Assembly (NCBI GenBank): GCA_964655015.1
Contig: CAZZKR010000002.1
Span: 11,211-75,210, forward strand
Source of the DNA: an uncultured Nitrososphaeria archaeon
Lineage (GTDB): Archaea; Thermoproteota; Nitrososphaeria_A; Caldarchaeales; Wolframiiraptoraceae
Length of the DNA: 64,000 bases
Reading direction: 5' to 3'
In this document: in pieces, positions 1-8,524 of the stretch
Layout: every line of letters begins with the position of its first letter
How positions within the stretch are numbered: the stretch's first letter is position 1
Notes under the pieces: generated by a model
Database searches by the model: none
Told to the model about the DNA's origin: nothing
What the model saw: the letters and a program-made list of their open reading frames with translations, nothing else
Translations under genes and position numbers: made by a program

Positions 1-578
1 AACAACTTTTGGAAAAGCACCGCATAAGGGCCATTGACGTAATGGGCTCGGTGGGCTCTGGAAAGACAACATTAATCGAGAAGCTAATAGGGCTGTTGAA
101 GGACAAGTACAGGATTGCAGTATTTGGCGGCGATGTTACGACAACGATAGATGCCGAAAGATTAAGGAGCTCTGGTGCTAAGACGTTGCAAATAAACACC
201 GGCAAAGAATGTCACCTCGATGCCAACCTCGTGAGAAAGGCCCTAAGCAAAATAGACTTGAATAATATCGATTTGCTTTTCATCGAGAATGTTGGAAACC
301 TAATATGTCCAGCCGAGTTTCCGCTAGGAACTGACACTAGAGTTGTTGTCATAAGCGTGACCGAAGGTCCTTACACCCCTCTGAAGCATCCTTACATATT
401 CATGGAAGCAGATGTGGCCGTTATCAACAAGATAGACCTAGCAGGAGCCATGGGTGTGGATGTTAATGAGTTAGAAGCTAAGATAAAAAAAGTTTCTCCG
501 GATGTCGTGGTAGTCAGGACGAGCTGTAAGACCGGCGAGGGTGTAGAGAAAGTAGCCAAGGTACTGGGTCTGTTGTAG
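1..578 (+). CDS. hypB: Hydrogenase nickel-incorporation GTPase HypB, 5'-truncated by the window edge
   Basis: P-loop GSVGSGKTTLIEKL, ENVGNLICP and NKIDL G-motifs. The frame is open back to base 3, so the listed TTG at 9 is probably not the true start. Followed by hypA, hypC and hypD. Confidence 0.9.
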   Translation, partial: QLLEKHRIRAIDVMGSVGSGKTTLIEKLIGLLKDKYRIAVFGGDVTTTIDAERLRSSGAKTLQINTGKECHLDANLVRKALSKIDLNNIDLLFIENVGNLICPAEFPLGTDTRVVVISVTEGPYTPLKHPYIFMEADVAVINKIDLAGAMGVDVNELEAKIKKVSPDVVVVRTSCKTGEGVEKVAKVLGLL

Positions 579-580
579 AG

Positions 581-952
581 ATGCACGAGTTCTCTATAGT
601 ATCGCAACTCGTAGAAAGGGTGGTAGAAGAAGCCAGAAAAAGGGATGCGAAAAGGGTTATAGAAGTCGAGCTAGAGGTTGGTCAGCTCTCATTTCTTAAT
701 CCAGAACAGATGCGCTTTGCGTATGAGGTGCTTTCTAAGGGCACGATCCTAGAAAATTCTCGACTCATCATCAATACGATAGAGGCTCATATTAGGTGCG
801 AGGTCTGTGGGTTTGACGGTAAACCGGACTACGCCGATGATGCCTCTTATCACATCTCAGCCCCTCTATTTTTATGCCCTATCTGTGGAAACCCCGTAGA
901 GGTTTTGGAGGGAAAGGGCTGCATCATAAAAAGGGTGAGACTCGAACTTTAA
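581..952 (+). CDS. hypA: Hydrogenase nickel insertion protein HypA
   Basis: N-terminal MHEFSI motif, about 120 aa, two CxxC pairs (CEVCG, CPICG). Starts 3 nt after the hypB stop. Confidence 0.9.
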   Translation: MHEFSIVSQLVERVVEEARKRDAKRVIEVELEVGQLSFLNPEQMRFAYEVLSKGTILENSRLIINTIEAHIRCEVCGFDGKPDYADDASYHISAPLFLCPICGNPVEVLEGKGCIIKRVRLEL

Positions 953-998
953 ATATCGTGAGAAGTTTATTAGTTAGAGCTCCCCAATCTTCTAAAAG

Positions 999-1217
999 AT
1001 GTGCTTAGCCATACCCGCGAAGGTTGTCGAAAAAGTCGGTAACATAGCCAAAGTAGATTTTGGCGATAATACGCTCAGGGATGTAGACACTTCATTCGTG
1101 GACGTTTCTGTAGGACAGTACGTACTTGTTCATGCTGGCTACGCCATACAGGTACTTAACGAAGATGAGGCTCTCAAGACGATAGAACTGTTGTCAGAGA
1201 TGCTTAGTGAAGGATAA
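999..1217 (+). CDS. hypC: Hydrogenase assembly chaperone HypC/HupF
   Basis: MCLAIPAKV N-terminus with the conserved Cys2, 72 aa, located between hypA and hypD. Confidence 0.9.
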   Translation: MCLAIPAKVVEKVGNIAKVDFGDNTLRDVDTSFVDVSVGQYVLVHAGYAIQVLNEDEALKTIELLSEMLSEG

Positions 1218-1237
1218 ATGGCTATTGGTGAATTTGC

Positions 1238-2329
1238 TTGAGCTTTTTGAAAGAATTCAGGAATAGAGAGTTAGCAGAGGCACTTGTGCGCAAAATCAAG
1301 GATATTCCCATAAAGAAACCGATTAAGATATGTCATGTATGCGGCACACATGAATGGACAATTGTTCATTATGGCTTGCGCTCGCTCCTCCCAGATAACA
1401 TAGAGCTTATCGCTGGACCTGGCTGTCCTGTATGCATAACTCCTGCGTTGGATATTGACCAAGCGGCCGAGCTTGCACTTGAAGGCAAGACTGTTGCTGT
1501 CTTCGGGGACGTGTCAAGGTCTATCGGTACCAAATATTCCCTAGAGGGTGTGAGGTCAGAAGGTGGTGACGTGAAAATCGTTTATAGCATACTCGACGCA
1601 CTCAAGTTGGCGGAATCTGATAGAAGCAGGGAAGTCGTTTTCTTCGCAGTAGGGTTTGAGACCACGGCCCCAATCACTGCGCTACACATACTTCGGACAC
1701 CACCGAAAAACTTCTCCATACTCAGCTCGCATAGGTACGTGCCGCCCGCAGTCATCGCTCTTTATTCACGAGGTAAACTGGAAATGGATGGCGTAATAGC
1801 ACCAGGTCATGCCACGACGATAAGCGGCTTGAAAGCTTACGAGCCCCTAGCCAAGGAGTACGGAATACCGGTCGTCGCCTCAGGTTTCGAGCCTGTGGAT
1901 GTTTTGATGTCCGTCTTCATGTTAGTTAAACAGATATCGGAGGGCAAGGCGGAAGTGTTAAACCAGTATTCGAGGTCCGTTACGTGGGAAGGTAATGTCA
2001 AGGCGATGCAAACGATTGAGCGTGTGTTCGATTTAACAGATGCCCATTGGAGGGGCATAGGCACGATAGAACGCACAGGCTTCGTCTTAAAGGAAGAGTT
2101 TAAGGATTATGATGCGAGATACAAGTACGGACTTAAGAGTGTGGACTATGCCAACGAAATGCATCCGGGATGCAGATGCGCCGAGATTATGCTTGGAAGA
2201 ATTAAGCCAACACAATGTCCGCTGTATATGAAGATATGCAAACCGAATAAGCCCATCGGGCCATGCATGGTATCTGTCGAAGGTGCATGTAGAATCTGGG
2301 CAACTCACATGGTGACCCATGACTGTTAA
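1238..2329 (+). CDS. hypD: Hydrogenase maturation Fe-S protein HypD
   Basis: 363 aa with the motifs GPGCPVCITP, FFAVGFETTAP and C-terminal PCMVSVEGAC, all typical of HypD. Confidence 0.92.
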   Translation: MSFLKEFRNRELAEALVRKIKDIPIKKPIKICHVCGTHEWTIVHYGLRSLLPDNIELIAGPGCPVCITPALDIDQAAELALEGKTVAVFGDVSRSIGTKYSLEGVRSEGGDVKIVYSILDALKLAESDRSREVVFFAVGFETTAPITALHILRTPPKNFSILSSHRYVPPAVIALYSRGKLEMDGVIAPGHATTISGLKAYEPLAKEYGIPVVASGFEPVDVLMSVFMLVKQISEGKAEVLNQYSRSVTWEGNVKAMQTIERVFDLTDAHWRGIGTIERTGFVLKEEFKDYDARYKYGLKSVDYANEMHPGCRCAEIMLGRIKPTQCPLYMKICKPNKPIGPCMVSVEGACRIWATHMVTHDC

Positions 2330-2394
2330 TCTACAATCCTATATGGATGGGCCTCTAAGTTTATTAGAATTATTGCAAGAAGAAAACATATGGT

Positions 2395-3441
2395 TTAACA
2401 AATCCTCGGGACAGGGTCGCCGATTGGCGGAGGCAGAAGTCTTCTGCCACCTACTATCGTCTCGAGTACGACGTGTTCATACTTGTCGGTAGCCTCACCT
2501 ATTATCTCTGCATCCCTGCCTTCTGGCGTCTCGCGTATGGCTTCCAGCACTGCCTCGGCCATATGGGGCACTACGGCGATTATCGCCTTTCCTTCGTTCC
2601 CTACCTCGAGCGGGTCTATGCCCAACATCTCGCAGGCAGCCCTAACCCCCTCTCTTATCGGTATTTTCTCCTCTTTTATGTAAATTCCGACCCCTGACTT
2701 TTGAGACCACTCGTTAAGGGCGTTCGATAGGCCACCCCTCGTCGGGTCCTTCATGGCAACGATTCCACCAACCTCCAAAGCCTTCTTTACCATTTTGTTA
2801 AGGGGTGCGACGTCAGACTTTATGACGGTATCGAACCCATAGCCTTCTCTCGAGGAAAGTATGGCTATACCATGGTCGCCGATAGTTCCAGAAACTATTA
2901 TCTTATCGCCCGGTCTAATGTTAGAGTCAAGGAGCCACCTTGCCTCGAGATTCCTGTAGCGTCTAACGACGCTAAGGTTGTAATCTAACGCAGCATGTCT
3001 TCTGCCGATACCAGACGAGTTTATGATGAACTTATCCAAAGCTCCCCTTTCCACTACCTTCGTGTCACCGGTTGCTACGAATACGCCAGCCTCCATGCAC
3101 GTTTCTCTTATGCTTAAAATTATCCTCTCAAAATCCGACAACGGAAAGCCTTCTTCCAAAACGAACCCCATCGCGAGCGCAACAGGCTCGGCCCCTAGCA
3201 TAGATATGTCATTCACAGTTCCTGAAACCGCTAACCTTCCTATATCACCGCCTGGAAAGAACAATGGCTTAACCGTATAAGAATCCGACTTTATCACGAT
3301 GCCGTCCACTACAGCTGCATCGTCCAGCGCCTCAAGGGGGACTTCGGCATTTCCCCAGCTAAGGTTCTTGAGTATGAAGTCTTTAATTAGAGATTGCATC
3401 ACGACACCTCCTGCGCCGTGAGCAAGTGTTATTTTGTCCAA
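2395..3441 (-). CDS. hypE: Hydrogenase maturation carbamoyl dehydratase HypE
   Basis: AIR-synthase-like fold (HGAGG, GDIG) and the diagnostic C-terminal PRIC ending. 348 aa. Confidence 0.92.
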   Translation of the reverse strand: MDKITLAHGAGGVVMQSLIKDFILKNLSWGNAEVPLEALDDAAVVDGIVIKSDSYTVKPLFFPGGDIGRLAVSGTVNDISMLGAEPVALAMGFVLEEGFPLSDFERIILSIRETCMEAGVFVATGDTKVVERGALDKFIINSSGIGRRHAALDYNLSVVRRYRNLEARWLLDSNIRPGDKIIVSGTIGDHGIAILSSREGYGFDTVIKSDVAPLNKMVKKALEVGGIVAMKDPTRGGLSNALNEWSQKSGVGIYIKEEKIPIREGVRAACEMLGIDPLEVGNEGKAIIAVVPHMAEAVLEAIRETPEGRDAEIIGEATDKYEHVVLETIVGGRRLLPPPIGDPVPRIC

Positions 3442-3599
3442 ATGACATCAGCTCCCTACGTTTTGTGTTTCGACCGCTGCTATTTTATACTTATACATAA
3501 CAAAACCAAATAATCTTGGTTCTAAACGCAAAAGTTGACAACCTCCGAAGAGCAATTTAGAATTCGAGCAAGAATAAACTTCGGCAAAATCATGTTATA

Positions 3600-3677
3600 T
3601 GGTGCTCCGGCCGGGATTTGAACCCGGGTCCCGGGCTCGAGAGGCCCGTATACTTGACCGGACTATACTACCGGAGC
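3600..3677 (-). tRNA. tRNA-Glu (anticodon CTC), CCA encoded
   Basis: The reverse complement folds by hand as a cloverleaf. Acceptor GCTCCGG/CCGGAGC, anticodon stem CGGGC/GCCCG with loop CTCTCGA, T-arm CCGGG-TTCAAAT-CCCGG, then ACCA. Confidence 0.85.
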
Positions 3678-3792
3678 TCCCAGCACGTTAATCCCCCTCG
3701 CCCCGTCCATCTTTATGGAGTAGGGAGACAAAAAATATTAGAATTTGGGGAAGATTTAAACCTAGCCACAAAAAAGATTAAAAAAGATTTTT

Positions 3793-4149
3793 TTGAGGCG
3801 AACGGTTTCGATGAAGCCGCTCTATATGGAAGAGCATCGCAAACCTTGGCTCCTTTTTCTTCCATGCTATTTCAAAATATACGAGGACAAGGTGGAGGCT
3901 TATTTTTGGCCATATAGGTGTTTAATTCCAGTTTCGAAGATAACAGAAATTAAGGTTGTAGAAAGGATACCTTGGTATGTTGGATGGGGATTAAGAATTA
4001 ACCCATTCAAGAGAAAACTCTATTTCGCAATCCACCACGGAAAAAGTGTTGAGATACTGAAGAAAAACGGATATTGGAGGTCAGTAGTTTTATCGACCAA
4101 AGATCCTGAAAAATTTGTTTCAATAATTAGAAAATTATTGCCTCTATGA
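3793..4149 (+). CDS. Hypothetical small protein (possible membrane-proximal PH-like domain)
   Basis: 118-aa ORF with no competing ORF. No family motif recognised with certainty, and an alternative ATG lies at 3811. Confidence 0.4.
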   Translation: MRRTVSMKPLYMEEHRKPWLLFLPCYFKIYEDKVEAYFWPYRCLIPVSKITEIKVVERIPWYVGWGLRINPFKRKLYFAIHHGKSVEILKKNGYWRSVVLSTKDPEKFVSIIRKLLPL

Positions 4150-4388
4150 ACTTTCCCCACTCCTTGCACTCGTTAACGCTTAATTGATGTGAACTACGAA
4201 AGCAGTGTTTTTATGGCCTGAATCCGAAAAAGTCAGTAGGAAGATTCATCCAACGGCATCTAGCAACAAGAACGGAACCCACATGGACTACCACAAAATT
4301 TATATCAGGCCCCAGAAGAATTAATCTGAGATTCTTGCCTCACAAATGTATTGGAACCTCATCGTGTTTTTGCATCCTGCAACTAAGT

Positions 4389-6215
4389 ATGAAAGTGGCT
4401 AAGCTGGTCGCAGTAGTAAGCCTCATCGTGTTGTTATCTCTTGCACAAACTGGAGTCGTTGATGCGTTTGACAGTTACCACCCCACAGCAGAAAGCACAC
4501 ATGAGGAGATAACAGAGGAGGCGCTTAAAGATCAAGGTTTCTCGAGCGACGCAATCGAATACGTAGAAGACTTCAACACCTACCAAGATTGGTCAGAGTG
4601 GTGGGACGAGTCCAAGTACAGGCCTGAACATCATTTTGATAGGCTTCCTGGCAAGTCTCATGCGGACGCCTTCAAGGACGGAGTGAGGTATGTAAGGGCT
4701 GAGATGGACTTAGCGAAAAATTTCCTCAAGAAATGTGATACGATGGGAGCCATAGCCGCGATAGGGAGAGCGCTTCATACGGTGCAAGACTTTTTTGCCC
4801 ATTCGAATTACGTGGATCTTTCGGATGCTGATAAGGCGGCAGCAAAGGATGCCCTCTTTGACCCTACAAAGGATCCTCCATCCAATCTTAAGCTGACTGG
4901 CTATGACCCAAATGCGGAGGACCCTTATAACCCGCCGGGAGATCCCTATCCACATGGAAGGGGCAAAGAAGCGAATGCGAAGGATAGCGCCGACCATCCG
5001 CAACATGGAGAGGCGAAAAAAGCTGCCGTTGAAGCCTCAAGAGAAATGGTTAAGAAGATAAAGACGGAGCTGGAGAAGGAGCTGGGCGCAGATAAGGCTA
5101 AAGAACTCTGGAAGAAATTCGCTAATTTTAAGGGAAAGAGGTTTATAATCCTTCTTCCACCTCCCTACGAGGAATACTCGCCCGCAGAAATCAAGAGAAT
5201 CGAAGGTCTAGGTTGCATCCTTGGGCCCTGGGAACTTGCTGGTCTCGACCTGAAGGACTCTAAAAATTTGATAGAGCAGATTAATCTTATAGCTCGGGGA
5301 TTTTCTCCCGAATATCCTTATGGCTTGAATGCTGAAGTAGCTGCCTTCCGCATAACGGCACTAACCGCCGATGTGAGGGATGCAGTGGCTAGAGGTGATA
5401 TACAGGCGGCTCAGGACATCACCAGAACAGCCCTAGACTACTCTAAAAGGATAATAGATGAGGCGAGGTCTATGAATGTGGATGTGGATCAAGCGTTGGT
5501 GGCTTTGTGGGAAGCACAAAATCTCTATGAGACAGGTCATTTTGAAGGAGCGCTTCTAACAATCCCCGCCATAACAAACGACCTCCTTCCCAAAGCATAT
5601 CCTGCGTTTCAAAAACCGCTAGAGTTCAGCATTTACCTAATAAAGGCAACTCATGTGGAGACAGAGAAACCGCTGAAGAATATGGCTGTAGCTCTACAGT
5701 GGCCATATTACGAAGCTAACGTAAAAGTTGGTGAGGAGGGCTATGCCGTCTTAATAGGACCGCCAGGCAAGTTTGAATACATCGTTCCACTCGAGCTTAA
5801 CCTTCTCGGTTTGCCATTACTCGAGTATTTTCCACAACTAAAGAATTATTTTGTATGGACACGGGGTCTCGGCACGGCGCCAGAAGGCAGCCTCACAATG
5901 CTTGACATATCAATCTCCACACTCTTCATACCAGCAGAAATGGCAATACTAATAGCTAACAATGCAATAAACATATTATTGTTCCTCCTCATACTGCTGC
6001 CGATAGCGTGGAAACTCGCAAAGAGACTCAGGTCTCGCGGAATTTGGAGCTTGAAGTCGAAGAAGATCGCTCCTTCATACGAGATGGGTATTAAGAAGTT
6101 CTTTGAGGTCATCGGGTCTCGAAACGAGAACATGTTCCATTCATTCTCCGTTTCTAAGGGAGCTTCACCTGTTTACGCCAGTGAACGTCGACCCAGCATT
6201 ACGCCCCAACGATAG
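4389..6215 (+). CDS. Secreted, C-terminally anchored protein with a His-rich Het-C / zinc phospholipase-C-like N-terminal domain
   Basis: Start placed at MKVAKLVAVVSLIVLLSLAQ (signal peptide). His motifs HEEITEEAL, EHHFDR and LHTVQDFFAHSNYVD. C-terminal TM helix ILIANNAINILLFLLILLPIAW followed by basic residues. Confidence 0.6.
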   Translation: MKVAKLVAVVSLIVLLSLAQTGVVDAFDSYHPTAESTHEEITEEALKDQGFSSDAIEYVEDFNTYQDWSEWWDESKYRPEHHFDRLPGKSHADAFKDGVRYVRAEMDLAKNFLKKCDTMGAIAAIGRALHTVQDFFAHSNYVDLSDADKAAAKDALFDPTKDPPSNLKLTGYDPNAEDPYNPPGDPYPHGRGKEANAKDSADHPQHGEAKKAAVEASREMVKKIKTELEKELGADKAKELWKKFANFKGKRFIILLPPPYEEYSPAEIKRIEGLGCILGPWELAGLDLKDSKNLIEQINLIARGFSPEYPYGLNAEVAAFRITALTADVRDAVARGDIQAAQDITRTALDYSKRIIDEARSMNVDVDQALVALWEAQNLYETGHFEGALLTIPAITNDLLPKAYPAFQKPLEFSIYLIKATHVETEKPLKNMAVALQWPYYEANVKVGEEGYAVLIGPPGKFEYIVPLELNLLGLPLLEYFPQLKNYFVWTRGLGTAPEGSLTMLDISISTLFIPAEMAILIANNAINILLFLLILLPIAWKLAKRLRSRGIWSLKSKKIAPSYEMGIKKFFEVIGSRNENMFHSFSVSKGASPVYASERRPSITPQR

Positions 6216-6427
6216 AAGAAGTTAACCCCCGAAAGACTAGCGTACTAATGCGGCTGTGGTCTAGCTTGGACTATGCTGCCGGAACAGCAGGATAGCTTAT
6301 AAGCGTCTACGGATTAAGCATTTCAACATTAAAACGTTAAAAATCATGAAATCGCCGAAAATATGGCACAATCACGACTAAACCTTAATATTTTACTTGA
6401 TCCGGTAAATCTCTCAGAAACTGTTGA

Positions 6428-6436
6428 GAGGTGATC
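6428..6436 (+). promoter_or_regulatory. Shine-Dalgarno site of the thermosome gene
   Basis: GAGGTGATC lies 4 nt upstream of the ATG at 6441. An AT-rich TATA-like stretch (TTAATATTTTA) lies at about 6385-6395. Confidence 0.5.
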
Positions 6437-6440
6437 TTAC

Positions 6441-8069
6441 ATGTCTATGACAAGGCAACCTATCTTGATATTAAAGGAAGGAACTCAAAGGACGAGGGGT
6501 AGACCAGCTCAGCACAATAACATTTTAGCGGCTAAGATAATCGCTGAGATGGTCAAGAGTACACTCGGACCTAAGGGAATGGATAAGATGCTGGTAGATA
6601 GCTTAGGCGACGTTGTCGTCACAAATGACGGTGCAACCATACTCAAGAAAATAGACGTTGAACATCCTGCTGCTAAGATGATAGTGGAGGTTGCGAAGGC
6701 GCAGGATGAAACAGTTGGTGACGGCACGACCACCGCGGTCATCCTAGCGGGCGAGCTCCTGAAAAAGGCTGAGGAACTAATGGAGCAGAAAATTCATCCG
6801 AGTACGATAATCAGCGGCTACAGGAAGGCATTGGACGTCGCTTATAGGGCCCTCCAAGACATAACGCTGACTATAGACCTGAAGGACAAAGAAACTCTCA
6901 AGAAGGTTGTAAAGACCGCGCTTAGCAGCAAATCGCTAGGGTATGCGCTCGACCACATAGCTAACCTAGCAATAGAGGCAGTCCTTTCGGTCATAAAGGA
7001 AAGGGACGGCAAGCTAGTGGCTGACAAGGATGACATACAAATCGTAAAGAAGGTCGGCAAGAGCCTTATGGAGTCAGAGCTTATAAAGGGTATCGTGATC
7101 GACAAAGAAGTCGTCCATCCTGCAATGCCGAAGAGGGTGGAGAATGCCAAGATAGCTCTACTTGATACGCCGCTGGAGATAGAGAAGACAGAGTTCAGCG
7201 CCGAGATCAGAATTAGAGACCCATCCAAGATAAAGGCGTTCTTGGATGAAGAGACCAACATACTCAAAGAGATGGTTGACAAGATAGTTTCCGTCGGTGC
7301 GAACGTCGTGGTGTGCCAGAAGGGTATAGACGATGCCGCTCAGTTCTTCTTAGCGAAGGCTGGCGTACTCGCCGTAAGACGTGTTAAGAGATCTGACATG
7401 GAAAAGTTGGCGAAGGCTACTGGAGGAAGAATTGTCACCAACATCGAAAGCCTCACTGAAAGAGACCTAGGAAGAGCCGGACTGGTGGAGGAGAGAAAGA
7501 TAGGCGAGGATAGACTAGTTTTCGTTGAGCAGTGCGAGAATCCAGGCGCGGTTTCCATACTGATTCGCGCCGGTCTAGAGAGGCAGATGGATGAGGCCGA
7601 GAGGGCTTTAAACGATGCCATAATGAACCTCATCAACCTCGTGGAGAACAACAAGATAGTACCAGGTGGTGGTGCTACGGAAATAGAGGTAGCCAAAGCC
7701 ATACGAAAAGAGATGGGCAAGCTAACGGGCAAGGAGCAGTTGGCATTCCTTGCTTTCGCAGACGCCGTAGAAATTATACCGAGAACGCTCGCAGAGAATG
7801 CAGGCCTCGAACCCGTTGAGATAATGGCAGCATTAAGACATGCACACGAAAATGACGGCAAAAGCTATGGCATTAACCTCTTCACTGGCAAGGTCGATGA
7901 TATGCTAAAGCTGGGCGTCTTAGAGCCACTGAGGGTCAAGGAGAACGCGCTGAAGTCGTCTCTAGAGGCTGCCGCGATGATATTGCGCATCGACGACGTT
8001 ATCGCTGCTTCGAGGAAGAAGTTTACGGAGAAGAAGAGCGAAGAGGAGAAGAAGAGCGAATCTGAGTAA
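6441..8069 (+). CDS. ths: Thermosome subunit (group II chaperonin)
   Basis: Motifs [24 protein letters not shown] and VPGGGATE. 542 aa with a charged EEKK tail. Confidence 0.95.
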   Translation: MSMTRQPILILKEGTQRTRGRPAQHNNILAAKIIAEMVKSTLGPKGMDKMLVDSLGDVVVTNDGATILKKIDVEHPAAKMIVEVAKAQDETVGDGTTTAVILAGELLKKAEELMEQKIHPSTIISGYRKALDVAYRALQDITLTIDLKDKETLKKVVKTALSSKSLGYALDHIANLAIEAVLSVIKERDGKLVADKDDIQIVKKVGKSLMESELIKGIVIDKEVVHPAMPKRVENAKIALLDTPLEIEKTEFSAEIRIRDPSKIKAFLDEETNILKEMVDKIVSVGANVVVCQKGIDDAAQFFLAKAGVLAVRRVKRSDMEKLAKATGGRIVTNIESLTERDLGRAGLVEERKIGEDRLVFVEQCENPGAVSILIRAGLERQMDEAERALNDAIMNLINLVENNKIVPGGGATEIEVAKAIRKEMGKLTGKEQLAFLAFADAVEIIPRTLAENAGLEPVEIMAALRHAHENDGKSYGINLFTGKVDDMLKLGVLEPLRVKENALKSSLEAAAMILRIDDVIAASRKKFTEKKSEEEKKSESE

Positions 8070-8089
8070 ACCTTAAACACCCTAAAAAT

Positions 8090-8524
8090 CTACAATTTTT
8101 GCATTCTTATTATTAAAACTCCATTTTTATACGATTGCTGTACCAACTCCACTTTATATGGCAAAATTACGGTCTTTCTAAAACCGCCGCCACCTTTTAT
8201 AATTATACGCTTGCCCGACATCAAAACTTTTACGTCTTCTTCAGGGCCTGGAACCTGTGCGATTATGCTTACATAATTTCCCTCATCCAGCACTTCATAT
8301 ATGAAACTCCTCAACCCTGCTTTTTTGAGCATCTTACGTACCTCTCTTATCCAGTAGAATAGAACGAACGCTGTGACCAATGCCAGCAAGATTCCTACAA
8401 AACCTCTCTGTATCCTAAGGGTAAGGACAGCGATGACTATGATGAGTACCGCTAGAAGTGCCATTGCCAACGGTCTGAGCTCCTGAACCCTACGGTCTTT
8501 GCTAGTCTGCATGATTTGCACCAA
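8090..8524 (-). CDS. Membrane-anchored small protein with a C-terminal Hsp20/alpha-crystallin-like domain
   Basis: Two predicted TM helices (LAMALLAVLIIVIAVL, ILLALVTAFVLFYWI). These are followed by YVSIIAQVPGPEEDVKVLMSGKRIIIKG...LPYKV...YKNGVLIIRMQK, which matches the ACD pattern. Confidence 0.55.
   Translation of the reverse strand: MVQIMQTSKDRRVQELRPLAMALLAVLIIVIAVLTLRIQRGFVGILLALVTAFVLFYWIREVRKMLKKAGLRSFIYEVLDEGNYVSIIAQVPGPEEDVKVLMSGKRIIIKGGGGFRKTVILPYKVELVQQSYKNGVLIIRMQKL

Noticed and set aside
3618-3917. 99-aa ORF on the plus strand.
   Set aside because: Its 5' part is the antisense of tRNA-Glu and the rest overlaps the better 3793-4149 ORF. Judged spurious.
6236-6310. A tRNA-like 5' sequence (GCGGCTGTGGTCTAGCTTGGACTATGCTGCCGGAACAGCAGG) upstream of the thermosome gene. 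I considered a tRNA, a split-tRNA half or an old att remnant.
   Set aside because: I could not fold a proper D-arm or a 7-nt anticodon loop. No T-arm (GTTCRAATC) or 3' acceptor strand follows. It matches none of the four tRNAs in the window. It may be a degenerate remnant or a small RNA, but the evidence is insufficient. A covariance-model scan (tRNAscan-SE, Infernal/Rfam) would settle it.
6509-8080. Four long Ser/Ala-rich antisense ORFs inside the thermosome gene.
   Set aside because: They are low-complexity mirror-frame ORFs of a highly expressed GC3-biased gene, and the sense strand carries unmistakable chaperonin motifs.
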